Of a stretch of DNA of 64,000 nucleotides, positions 49,701 to 57,515 are shown one piece after another. Made by a program: the position numbers and the translations under genes. A model generated the notes under the pieces. The model had not been told where the DNA came from. It did not search any database and was given only the letters and a program-made list of their open reading frames with translations. The stretch is taken from positions 35,250 to 99,249 of the IMG/VR virus record IMGVR_UViG_3300045922_000503. One strand, written 5' to 3'. This DNA is from a virus. How positions within the stretch are numbered: position 1 is the stretch's first letter; each line of letters opens with the position of its first letter.

Positions 49701-50147
49701 ACGGGGACCAGTGACATCTACGACGCTGATGGGCTCAACATCATCCGCGGCGCTGGCGTCATCATCCCCGTACAGCCTGGCGGACCTAACACCCCTGTGG
49801 ATCTGAGCCGCGATCTCACGTCAGACGTGACGAATACGTACACGCAGAAGCGCGCTGCTCACGTGCTCGACCACCTGCTGAGCCTTCGTATCCGTCGCCG
49901 TGTCCGCCCGCTGCTGGGGCCCAATGACATCACCCCGCAGTTGCTGGACACAATCGGCATCGCCATCAACACTGAGATCGATGCCCTGCGTGACCGGTAC
50001 GAGATCCTCAGCCTGCGCACCATTCGCCCCGTCACAGCGGAGGACCGGGCGCGCTACGGCGTGCAGGACACCGGCGTTTACGTGGCGCTGGAACGGAAGC
50101 ACCGAGAGGAGGCTTCCGTCATGATTCTCGAGAACTTCATCGTCTGA
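46785..50147 (+). CDS. Contractile tail sheath protein (large, with inserted domains)
   Basis: N-terminal PPGI.E; C-terminal LNIIRGAGV..RDLTSD..LDHLL..IRRRVRPLLG..ITPQLLDTI; followed by the tube gene. Confidence 0.75.
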   Translation: MTTDTFRRIEPPGIAEFYTVTIQPANVPEEELPIALIMPHYDVQDAFGPDGAALESAEVGAYTTSQVDWLYERVLDEKLSFPLEAVDAARLVNPDEVRVFGTFGTGRSFSLASADEPRVLRRGTAAIERSPGQPFMLLQDNGANFRKLLERQQVPNEPPDFRRPLLAVRLVNEGGDVLLPVDVQATLSLGTDRTIVVYGDMTFGRMFSGQQDTRRATNIDYELVLRPRTVDVSNARQRAAAALACAEYTGGIEIPLTRPQVIEEPDLFRFFVVGVGNISLQFSNTTGPLDVSVTNSGRTITIDLGDEGPVQVSALNAAIVAAYAGSVPAGYFDEAYTSTLDATNVSGTFNTFSMAVTVTARVVNTDPLFSGQVRVTPPGNTLVPAVVTSGSSGGIFGLGLPGRNGLILPGLTAADLAASLTDASNYGQARPQVGMQSDPYRLQLPVEVQSDPSAWMLLTPAETNPATFLTEYDPAVLPPARIIALAEIRYRTPGPVGNQFSIRIESSMQDGIRIEDDGSLVIEDNGGSLRDLAQRLEGTAYELTNVRALRPIGSGDNFEVMVPMEDPDDWPGAEIAHFPFQEEGTRVRSGGSVGQYREIPNFSAREVQLQGGSNRARLLLSRDELVSPANGINIRLLADYRALRIDTSAATTVTAFGRAPDFIPVNRSNYQAIAGRPSLRNPMAFELEQFFRVAPAATINILSVSEVSSAFPYGTPAAISEALSLLERRRPYFLGMAAHGQDIQNAVYDWLISLGGDVPSRLRKMVNVFLPVKNPTDEPVIQLTDGVAASVDLSEFDDLPSTLVVSNVDIADDVRLSAVLEAGRLVLVATQFPTASDAPVALSDGRRGWPVLGTGLLGNPFAFMVGGASASFYLSSFGDFTLVDRGESLVTPTGGYRSAEGARALAMREQQTPHKFLSKILGDTVTVTSAGRTVTVPHELVVIAQVLAMLAVMPGDRTRSLTDNVFPGINRYTGTSDIYDADGLNIIRGAGVIIPVQPGGPNTPVDLSRDLTSDVTNTYTQKRAAHVLDHLLSLRIRRRVRPLLGPNDITPQLLDTIGIAINTEIDALRDRYEILSLRTIRPVTAEDRARYGVQDTGVYVALERKHREEASVMILENFIV

Positions 50148-50166
50148 TCCACCCCCACGAGGCCAC

Positions 50167-51048
50167 ATGGCGACGCTTACCGACTGGAACTTCTACGACC
50201 GGAATGTACAGTCCGGGCTGACCGAGGGCCAGTTCATCAACTCCAACTCGATCTTCTTGGGCGCAGGTCCCCCGTTCCTGCAGTCTACGTCTACGGCTGT
50301 CCGGCAGCGGGTGACCGAGAGCATCCTTCCCAACGCAGAAGAAGACCTTGCGGTCCCCGAGGTCACAGAAGAGGCGGAGATCGTTTTCGGGTTGGGCACT
50401 ACTCAGCAGTTCGCGATGTCGCAGAACACCGCGATGATTCCGGTCACCGAGATCGGGTCGTACCAGCGGTACATCGTCCGCGGCAACACGGACGGGGGCG
50501 CGCAGCTGCAGAAGATTCTGGTTCACGGGCCTAGCATCCTGCGCGCCCTGCACGCGTACAAGGGCATCAAGGACCCTTCGTCCGCCGGAGGGGTGTTCGA
50601 CCCCCTGATTCGGAACTCGGACGCCACCTACGCCGGATACCCCAAGAACCGACTCTTCGAGAGCCCCGGCCACGAGAACTTCTGGATCAACCTGGCGTCC
50701 GACGTGTTCACCGCAGGCTTTGGCCTGCTGGTCTACATCGAGGACTCCGGTGTGGAAGGTTACGGGGCCTTCTACCTCGAGCAGGTCTTCAGCAACGCTC
50801 ACCAGTTCTCGTTTGCTCCTGGTCAAACGGTGGTGGCGGAGTCCGTGTCCTGCATGTTCGGCCGCGTTCGGCCAGTCAAGCTGACTCGGGCTGTGCCTCT
50901 TATCGGTCGGTCTGATACCGCTGGGCGCATCGCCTTGGCCGGTGGCCCCAACACGCTCCCGCAGGATGGCCTCAGCCGGCCTGCAGATTCCGTCAACCGG
51001 GCGGCACCGGGTGGCTTCGCTCCGATCCCCACTCGGTCCAACCGGTAA
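50167..51048 (+). CDS. Tail tube protein
   Basis: Follows the sheath; GTTQQFAMSQN..PVTEIGS and YLEQV..HQFS..VAESVS tube-like strands. Confidence 0.7.
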   Translation: MATLTDWNFYDRNVQSGLTEGQFINSNSIFLGAGPPFLQSTSTAVRQRVTESILPNAEEDLAVPEVTEEAEIVFGLGTTQQFAMSQNTAMIPVTEIGSYQRYIVRGNTDGGAQLQKILVHGPSILRALHAYKGIKDPSSAGGVFDPLIRNSDATYAGYPKNRLFESPGHENFWINLASDVFTAGFGLLVYIEDSGVEGYGAFYLEQVFSNAHQFSFAPGQTVVAESVSCMFGRVRPVKLTRAVPLIGRSDTAGRIALAGGPNTLPQDGLSRPADSVNRAAPGGFAPIPTRSNR

Positions 51049-51051
51049 GGC

Positions 51052-51387
51052 ATGCTCCCTGCTTCGGCAAAGGAAGCCCCCACCAGCAGCGCCGTCAGCG
51101 CTCTGGCTTCCATGGGCGGGGCTGCCTTCATCGAGTCCGTGCACAGGGCCACCGCATGCGACCCGGTGCACGGGCAGTCCAGCCCCAGCTCGCTGGTGGC
51201 GGTCAAGCTCCCTGCCCGGGCCGTCTCGGCGCTACGCCGACGGGCGCAGGCAGCGTCGGTGGTCAAGGCCATCAACGTTGGGCCCGGCGCACCCGGAGCC
51301 CACATGCCCTACTCCGTCGAGGAGCTCATTCGAGACGTAATTATCGCGTACCTACGCGAAGCAGACGAGTTGGGAGACAGTCCGTGA
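51052..51387 (+). CDS. Possible ribbon-helix-helix protein
   Basis: VAVKLP..VSALRRRA...SVEELIRDVIIAYL pattern. Confidence 0.4.
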   Translation: MLPASAKEAPTSSAVSALASMGGAAFIESVHRATACDPVHGQSSPSSLVAVKLPARAVSALRRRAQAASVVKAINVGPGAPGAHMPYSVEELIRDVIIAYLREADELGDSP

Positions 51388-51800
51388 GCGGCACCGCGCC
51401 ACTATCTTCTCGCTGGGGAGCGTTTCGCCGGCGACCCGATGACCGTGTTCTGCGCACGTCGCCTTCAAGTCCTACCCCGCCTGTATCTGCGCCGACGGCG
51501 TCCCCGCTCGACGTCTTCAAGCTCAAGCCAGCGGAGCAGGTTACCCGCACCGTAAAAGTGCCCCTGCTGCCGCTGGAGGACGCCGTAATGGCAGTCATCA
51601 AGTCGGCCGGAGGCGCCCCCATTCTAGGTGGTGACCTGGTAGCAAAGTCGCTGCTGGCACACTCCGAGGCAGACGCCATCAAGGCTATCCCAGATGAACT
51701 TGCAGGGATGGCAACGCAGATGCTGGTTCGAGTCGCCAGGTCTATGGCCGTCGCCACCCTGTCGGTTTCTATTCAGCTTCCTCTGCCGACCGGGCCATAA
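51384..51800 (+). CDS. Hypothetical protein
   Basis: GTGA overlap start; fills the gap. Confidence 0.5.
   Translation: MSGTAPLSSRWGAFRRRPDDRVLRTSPSSPTPPVSAPTASPLDVFKLKPAEQVTRTVKVPLLPLEDAVMAVIKSAGGAPILGGDLVAKSLLAHSEADAIKAIPDELAGMATQMLVRVARSMAVATLSVSIQLPLPTGP
51793..51800 (+). promoter_or_regulatory. GGCCATAA putative phage promoter motif
   Basis: 57 nt upstream of the DUF932 gene; overlaps the TAA stop of the previous gene. Confidence 0.55.
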
Positions 51801-51857
51801 GACCTCTGCGCAGATGACCCGGGCCATGTCGGATCCCGGCACGCGCAGGAGGACAGG

Positions 51858-53045
51858 ATGGCTCATGAGGTAGAGACAATGGCCTACGCCGCGGCAAATG
51901 GACCGCCGTGGCACCAGCGTATGACGAAGGACGCCAGCGTCGGGGTTGAGGAGGGAAGCCTGACTTTGGAGTCCATGCTCCGGGCTGCGCGCCTCGACTG
52001 GAAGGTTGAGCTCGAGCCCGTCCAATACGTCAGCCAGCCAGGCTCAGCGCCCGAGGCAGTACCGGACGCTCAGTTCGTAGTGCGCGTCGAGAACGACGGC
52101 ACCCGGTCACACCTGGCGACGGTGGGCAGCAGGTTCACCCCCGTCCAGAACGAGGAGGTCGGGCGTCTTGCTCTCGACCTGCTGCAGAGCGATGACGTGG
52201 AGTTTGAGACGGCAGGAAGTCTCAAGGGAGGTCGGCAGATCTGGTTCCTGGCGCGGCTTTCCGGGGGAGTTGCCCTCGACGGCAGGCCAGTAGACAGGTT
52301 CGACAAGTACCTGCTGCTGCTCAACGGGCACGACGGGTCAATGGCCCAGATCTTCAAGTTCACGACCGTCAGGGTCGTGTGCAGCAACACCAAGATCGCG
52401 GCCCTCCGGGGAGAGGGGGCGTCTTTCAGGGTCAAGCACACCAAGAGCATCCTCTCTACGGGTCTGATCGTCGAGCGCGCTCTCTCGGGGGCAAACGAGG
52501 CGTTCGCGGCACACCTGGAGTTTGCCAGGAGAGCGCGCCGTGCGCAGTGGGCCGACGCGCAGCTCCACAACATGACTCTGGCCCTCGTGGTTCCAGATAT
52601 CTTCGACGCCGAGGTCGGATCTCGACTCACGAAGGCCAAGAACTCTCTTACGTCCGCTGCCCATTCCGCAGTGGCCCGAGGGGCTGGCAGCGCAGATGCG
52701 AGAGAGTCCGCGCTCATGGCAGCGGCGCGCGTTCACGTGGCCATGGGTCTGGACTTCGAGGTCAGCGCAGAAGAAGCGGCCAGCCAGAGCAAGGAGAGGA
52801 TGAACTTTATCCTCGATGCGGCGGCGGAGGAGCGACGAGTCCAGTCTCAGTGGCCGGATGGAGACCGCAAGCCCGGGTCTAAGGTCCGCTTCAGCGCATG
52901 GGACTGGTACAACGCGGTCACAGGGGCTGCAACGCATTACAGGCAGACCGACAAAGACGCAGAGGCGCGGATGCAGATCGCCCTCGGCTCCGGCGCCCAG
53001 ACGATTGCTACCGCAGAGAAGATGCTGGCAGTTGCTGGAGCCTGA
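51858..53045 (+). CDS. DUF932/DUF945 family phage-plasmid protein
   Basis: MAHEVETMAY..PWH, VQNEE, ETAGSLKGGRQIW, YLLLLNGHDGS, VRVVCSNT, KHT, W..YNAVT; SD AGGAGG. Confidence 0.9.
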   Translation: MAHEVETMAYAAANGPPWHQRMTKDASVGVEEGSLTLESMLRAARLDWKVELEPVQYVSQPGSAPEAVPDAQFVVRVENDGTRSHLATVGSRFTPVQNEEVGRLALDLLQSDDVEFETAGSLKGGRQIWFLARLSGGVALDGRPVDRFDKYLLLLNGHDGSMAQIFKFTTVRVVCSNTKIAALRGEGASFRVKHTKSILSTGLIVERALSGANEAFAAHLEFARRARRAQWADAQLHNMTLALVVPDIFDAEVGSRLTKAKNSLTSAAHSAVARGAGSADARESALMAAARVHVAMGLDFEVSAEEAASQSKERMNFILDAAAEERRVQSQWPDGDRKPGSKVRFSAWDWYNAVTGAATHYRQTDKDAEARMQIALGSGAQTIATAEKMLAVAGA

Positions 53046-53400
53046 TCAGCGCATCAGTTTTCCGAAGCGCCCGTGCCAGTGCCCCAACCCGCACGATTTG
53101 CTGCGAGACAGGAGCAATGGGTAATGGGTTGAGTGCCAGCTTGGCGAGCGCCAGCGATGTCATAGGCAACCCGACCCGCATGGCCCAGTATCCCCCCAAT
53201 CCGTCCGTGGGTCTGCGTACCGGAACTCCGGAGGCCATGGCCTGCCTTTCGCTTAGCCATCCGTCCAGCCTGGCAGGAGCCGGCGAGCCCAGTTGGAATC
53301 GGACGTCATGCGGCAAGCTCCACGTCTCGTTCCTGACCCCTGTCAGGTGCACAGGGATTCCAGGTCCAGGCGTGAAAGGGTTGGCAGGATAGGAGTTCAT
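53008..53400 (-). CDS. Hypothetical protein
   Basis: ATGA-coupled to the upstream minus ORF. Confidence 0.55.
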   Translation of the reverse strand: MNSYPANPFTPGPGIPVHLTGVRNETWSLPHDVRFQLGSPAPARLDGWLSERQAMASGVPVRRPTDGLGGYWAMRVGLPMTSLALAKLALNPLPIAPVSQQIVRVGALARALRKTDALIRLQQLPASSLR

Positions 53401-53886
53401 ACCGGCTTTACGTAGAAGATGGAGTCGAACGCTTCCCGATTCCTTTCGTACTCTTCGAGCGCCTTATCGACCATGTCGTCCGCCGGCGGCGGCAGGTGGG
53501 GCAGGATGTGTTTGTGCGCGAGGTAGAGCAGGGCTTCACTCCGAGCCTGTGCTTCCTTCAAGGCGGATGGCTCCAGTTTTGCGGAGTCCTGCCGGGAAAG
53601 CGTGGCCTGTACCAGCGCAAGGTACATGGAATGGGCCTGCATGGCTAGGTCCCGGGACTGTTCGTGCAGGCGTTTCTGTCGCTGCAGTCGATAGTAGCCG
53701 GCCAGCCGCAACGAGTAGTTGGATTTCGTTGCTGGAGGGATGCGGCTGACGCGGCCGCGTGCCCTGGTAGCCTCTTCCCCAGGGATGCGGAACATCACCG
53801 GCGCTTTCATCTTCCTCTCGAGGTCTGTCTCCTTCTCCCACAGCATGCTCAGGGAGCCGAAGTACTGCTCAGACCTCGTCAGTCTT
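53397..53886 (-). CDS. Probable frameshift-extended part of tail assembly chaperone (gpGT-like)
   Basis: Open -1 frame overlapping the end of the upstream gene at CTA AAA G; no SD-preceded start of its own. Confidence 0.5.
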
Positions 53887-54700
53887 TTAGTCCGTTCTCG
53901 ATGAAGTTCTCGTCTGAGAGAGCCTTCCTCACCATTGCGGCCGCGGCGTTGTAGTAGACGCTCCATTCGATGAGCACGTTCTGGCTGCGTCGGAGCCACG
54001 CCCTGGCGCTCTCCATGATCTTCTGGATGCGAGCGTCTCGATTGGGCTCCCCCAGGATGTCCAGCGAGGAAGGAGCATGCGGAGGGCCAGCGGGAGTGGC
54101 GGACGCCTTGCTGTCGGGAGGCCCACTGTAGGTGCCGACGACTGTCGTCGCCAGGTACGCAGCCTGTTGGATGCTGCGCCTCGCTGCTACCGCGATGTCG
54201 AACTCTGTCTGCATCGCGTTGTTGGCCTTGATCCTGCTGACGAGGTCAGCCCCCAGCTGCTCCTCGAGGAGGCGCTGGACGGCGACCTGGACGTCTACCT
54301 CGACTTCCGCTGGCAGGGTCTGGATGCGCATGCTGTTCCCCCGCATGAACGGGAGGTCGATGGTCGCCTGCTCCTCAATCATCAGGCGCAGTGGGTCCAG
54401 CGGAAGCGCGTGCTCCGTGAGGTACTTGATCTTGGCGGTCAGCGCGTTGAAAAGCTGCCCGACCTCCCCGGCGGCTGCTGAGGCCGTCCCTTCCGGCACC
54501 GCCGCCGCCCTGGCAGCGATCGCGAGGTCGTTTGCCTCCTGAATGGTGATCTCCGGCGGGGAGTCCGGGGCATATACCTCCTTCTTGGCCTCAGCAACAG
54601 CCTCTGCTATGCCGGCACCTGGGCCGCTGCTCTGCTGGTTCTTACGCCGCACTGCGGCTTCGAGGTCCTGTGCGGCCTTGACATCAGATGGCGTTCCCAT
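53879..54700 (-). CDS. Probable tail assembly chaperone (gpG-like)
   Basis: Start reassigned to MGTPSD (SD AGGA); lies between tube and tape-measure genes; ends ENGLKD at an A-run. Confidence 0.55.
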   Translation of the reverse strand: MGTPSDVKAAQDLEAAVRRKNQQSSGPGAGIAEAVAEAKKEVYAPDSPPEITIQEANDLAIAARAAAVPEGTASAAAGEVGQLFNALTAKIKYLTEHALPLDPLRLMIEEQATIDLPFMRGNSMRIQTLPAEVEVDVQVAVQRLLEEQLGADLVSRIKANNAMQTEFDIAVAARRSIQQAAYLATTVVGTYSGPPDSKASATPAGPPHAPSSLDILGEPNRDARIQKIMESARAWLRRSQNVLIEWSVYYNAAAAMVRKALSDENFIENGLKD

Positions 54701-54770
54701 GGTGGTCCTGGTGGCGAAGAGAGCAAAGAGCAGGCGGAGGGTACTGCTGACGATCACCGCTTGCGCTCGG

Positions 54771-54799
54771 GAGCTATCCGTGCCGGTGGCAATCGTCAA
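54771..54799 (-). promoter_or_regulatory. sigma70-like promoter TTGACG-N17-TAGCTC
   Basis: Intergenic, upstream of the chaperone operon; the -10 lacks the final T. Confidence 0.4.
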
Positions 54800-54910
54800 G
54801 AGGGTCTTGACAGGGTGCCCTTGGCTATGTTCCACGGCAGCTAAGAGAGGTGCGGCGTGTATCGACTCCGCTAACCTTCCGTTTCTTCGACTACTGATCC
54901 AGGAGGTCTC

Positions 54911-55837
54911 GTGGAGGTCTCAGAGCGGCTGATTGGAGACATGCTCAATCCTGAGCTGCACAACTCTGAAGTCAAGAAGCCCTACCTGCACACCGCTCAC
55001 GCGGTCAAAACCCGTGAGGCGACCATCTTACCCTGGGCGCAGCAGCGACGCCTTGAGGCAGCCTTGGCAGCTTGGTTGCACAACGTTACCGACTTCAACC
55101 GCTTCGGGTCCGAACAGTACCCGTCGTTCCCGTTGGACAGCATTCACGTCAAGCTCGACGCATTTGTCCGCACGTTCAACGGCATCTGCGACAAACTCAA
55201 GCTGACCCCCAGGCAGTCAGTCGTCGCGCTCAACAAGTTCCTGTACCGCGCGGTCATTGATGAAGAAACCGCCGGCTCGTTCCGAACGAACGAGGCACGT
55301 CACGCCGAGTACTCCGACCTCTACGCCAAGACGGTCGAGTGGATCAGTCAGTATGACAAGCAGTCTTCCTTCCCCCATCAACCGGAGTCCACCGTGTCTC
55401 AGTTCTTCACCGACATCAACGCCGCTCGCAACGCCAACGACACGATCCAGTCGCGAGTGGGAGCTCTGACCCCGGAGGGCAATCACATCCGGGGGTTCAA
55501 CCCAACTCCGGGGCGGAACCCGGCTTCGGAGACCCCGGGAGTCCTCGTGCGCTACCAGTCGGTAGACGGGTCAGAGTACAGCCTTTGTGTCGCGGGCACT
55601 CATCATCGGCCCGACGGCTCCAAGGTGAGCGCCTCCCCGGCGGGAATGGCCATTCACGTTGCAGTGGAGCTGGCCAAGGGCGGGTCTGCGTCCTCCATCC
55701 TGGAGGCCCTGGAGGCTGCCAACGTGCAGTTCACCGACGCGGAGGGTAAGCCCATCCTGTACCGCATCCTCTCTGCCGCAGCTTCTCCTTCGGGAGACAG
55801 TTCCATGGAGGACGCAGGGTTCTCCATCGGCGGGTGA
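54911..55837 (+). CDS. Hypothetical protein
   Basis: SD AGGAGG before GTG; good codon bias. Confidence 0.75.
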   Translation: MEVSERLIGDMLNPELHNSEVKKPYLHTAHAVKTREATILPWAQQRRLEAALAAWLHNVTDFNRFGSEQYPSFPLDSIHVKLDAFVRTFNGICDKLKLTPRQSVVALNKFLYRAVIDEETAGSFRTNEARHAEYSDLYAKTVEWISQYDKQSSFPHQPESTVSQFFTDINAARNANDTIQSRVGALTPEGNHIRGFNPTPGRNPASETPGVLVRYQSVDGSEYSLCVAGTHHRPDGSKVSASPAGMAIHVAVELAKGGSASSILEALEAANVQFTDAEGKPILYRILSAAASPSGDSSMEDAGFSIGG

Positions 55838-55841
55838 CCGG

Positions 55842-56723
55842 ATGGATAAACTTCACCCACACGGCCCTGTTCCCGAGGGCGCCCGAGGCGGGGACCGCCT
55901 TGGGATCTTTGTTGACAGCAAGGGCAACCCCCTCAGCCTCGAGGCCAGAGTGGCCAGCGGGCGGGAGTTCACGCGAAGGGTACTATCGGGCGGCGTGACG
56001 GCGGGTGACCCGCTGAACTACATCCCCAGCAAGGACCCCAGGCTTCCATCCTACGTCGTCGGGGCAGCTGACGACCTGGCGGAGCAGATGAAGACCCAGC
56101 GCAAGGGTCGGTGGTCTATTGACGCACAGGTCGTGCTGTCCCGGCAGCGGCGCCTTCGCATGTTCGGGGCCGCGCTCTTTAGTCCTCACTGGAGACCCCT
56201 GCCAGACGACGTCAAAACCCACTCGGAGCTACTCTCCTGGCAGCATGAGAACAAGCAGGTCAACTCCAACCACGTGAAGTCCGTGCACCGGGTCCTCGCA
56301 GAAGAGGACGTACTCGTCCACGGGAAACCCGACCATCGGGCCTTGGAGCTGCACACCGTCGAGGAGCGCGCCCGTGCCAGATCCTACTGGGATGAGGCGG
56401 GTGTCACGGTGAGCGGAGCCCTTCGGGTTCTGGACGACCTGCTCCGGCACTCTGACCGGACCCACGGAGCGGTTCGAGGGTCCGTCCTGATCCGCCTGGT
56501 CGCGCTGGGGGGAGTGGCGATTATTTTCTCCAGCGAGAACCTTCAGAACGCAGACGACCGAGCGTTCATCGGACGCTGGCTGCAGGACATCGTGGACACG
56601 ACGAAAGGGGACAACCGGATGTTGGAGTACGACATGAGGGCCCGAGTCTTCCGCCGCATCGCCGTCGAACGGGATGAAGACACCCGTACCCTCGAGCAGC
56701 TGGACGCAGATGCTGACCGCTGA
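55842..56723 (+). CDS. Hypothetical protein with possible degenerate DnaC/IstB-like AAA+ fold
   Basis: VLVHGKPD (broken Walker A), LRVLDDL (Walker B-like), IIFSSEN (sensor-1-like). Confidence 0.45.
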   Translation: MDKLHPHGPVPEGARGGDRLGIFVDSKGNPLSLEARVASGREFTRRVLSGGVTAGDPLNYIPSKDPRLPSYVVGAADDLAEQMKTQRKGRWSIDAQVVLSRQRRLRMFGAALFSPHWRPLPDDVKTHSELLSWQHENKQVNSNHVKSVHRVLAEEDVLVHGKPDHRALELHTVEERARARSYWDEAGVTVSGALRVLDDLLRHSDRTHGAVRGSVLIRLVALGGVAIIFSSENLQNADDRAFIGRWLQDIVDTTKGDNRMLEYDMRARVFRRIAVERDEDTRTLEQLDADADR

Positions 56724-57060
56724 ACAAGTGAAGCAGGTCACCGCGTCTGCAGAATACGACCGAGCACTTCGACAGGCGCTGTACGGCGCCGGAGTCTCTG
56801 TAGTCGTTGCCCGGGTTGATGTGCGGGACCTGCTCGGGCTTCCGGAAGATGATGTCATCGAGGGCACCGCCATCCGCATCGTGGAGGCGTTCGAGCGGGA
56901 CCTGAACGCAGACCGCCCCGAGAGGGTGTCTACCAGACTGACGAGTATGGAGCGTAAGACGCTTCGGCAGTTCGTCGCCTGGATGATGAAGGAGCAGCGT
57001 AGGGATGACATCGCAGGCTCTCCCGAGCTCAAGAAGCTGCTTGCTCTGACGGCGGGCTGA
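56710..57060 (+). CDS. Hypothetical protein
   Basis: Overlap-coupled ORF. Confidence 0.6.
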   Translation: MLTAEQVKQVTASAEYDRALRQALYGAGVSVVVARVDVRDLLGLPEDDVIEGTAIRIVEAFERDLNADRPERVSTRLTSMERKTLRQFVAWMMKEQRRDDIAGSPELKKLLALTAG

Positions 57061-57061
57061 C

Positions 57062-57469
57062 ATGCCCGGAATGCTGGATTTCTCTACGTGGTCTCCTGAA
57101 ACGCAGCAGCGCGTCTTGGCGCTCGCACGAGCTCGCTGCTTCATCGTGACCAAGCCCGGGTACATCAGGTTTCGACGGCCAGACCTGCTTCCCAACCAGC
57201 AGCAGGACAGCGCGGCGTACCCCGTCGTCAGGCCCCGGGACATCGTCGGCATTGATGAGGGGACGGTGATTTACGTCCCGAAGTACGCAAGCGACTTCAC
57301 AGACCACCCCCAGGCCATGATCAGCATCGAAGTCGCCATCCTGACTCACGTCAGGATGTCCATGCTCTCCAAGGGGATCCCCCTGTTCGCCCTGAGAGAT
57401 GCAGTAGTGAAAGAGATCGAGGCCGGAAAACAAGAAGAGGCCGACATCCTTCGGTTGCTGGGCCGGTAG
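57062..57469 (+). CDS. Hypothetical protein
   Basis: Coupled ORF with globular-looking sequence. Confidence 0.6.
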   Translation: MPGMLDFSTWSPETQQRVLALARARCFIVTKPGYIRFRRPDLLPNQQQDSAAYPVVRPRDIVGIDEGTVIYVPKYASDFTDHPQAMISIEVAILTHVRMSMLSKGIPLFALRDAVVKEIEAGKQEEADILRLLGR

Positions 57470-57515
57470 AAGATCAAGGAGCGTAGTGGTATAGGTCCCT
57501 GCACCCGTCTCCCCG

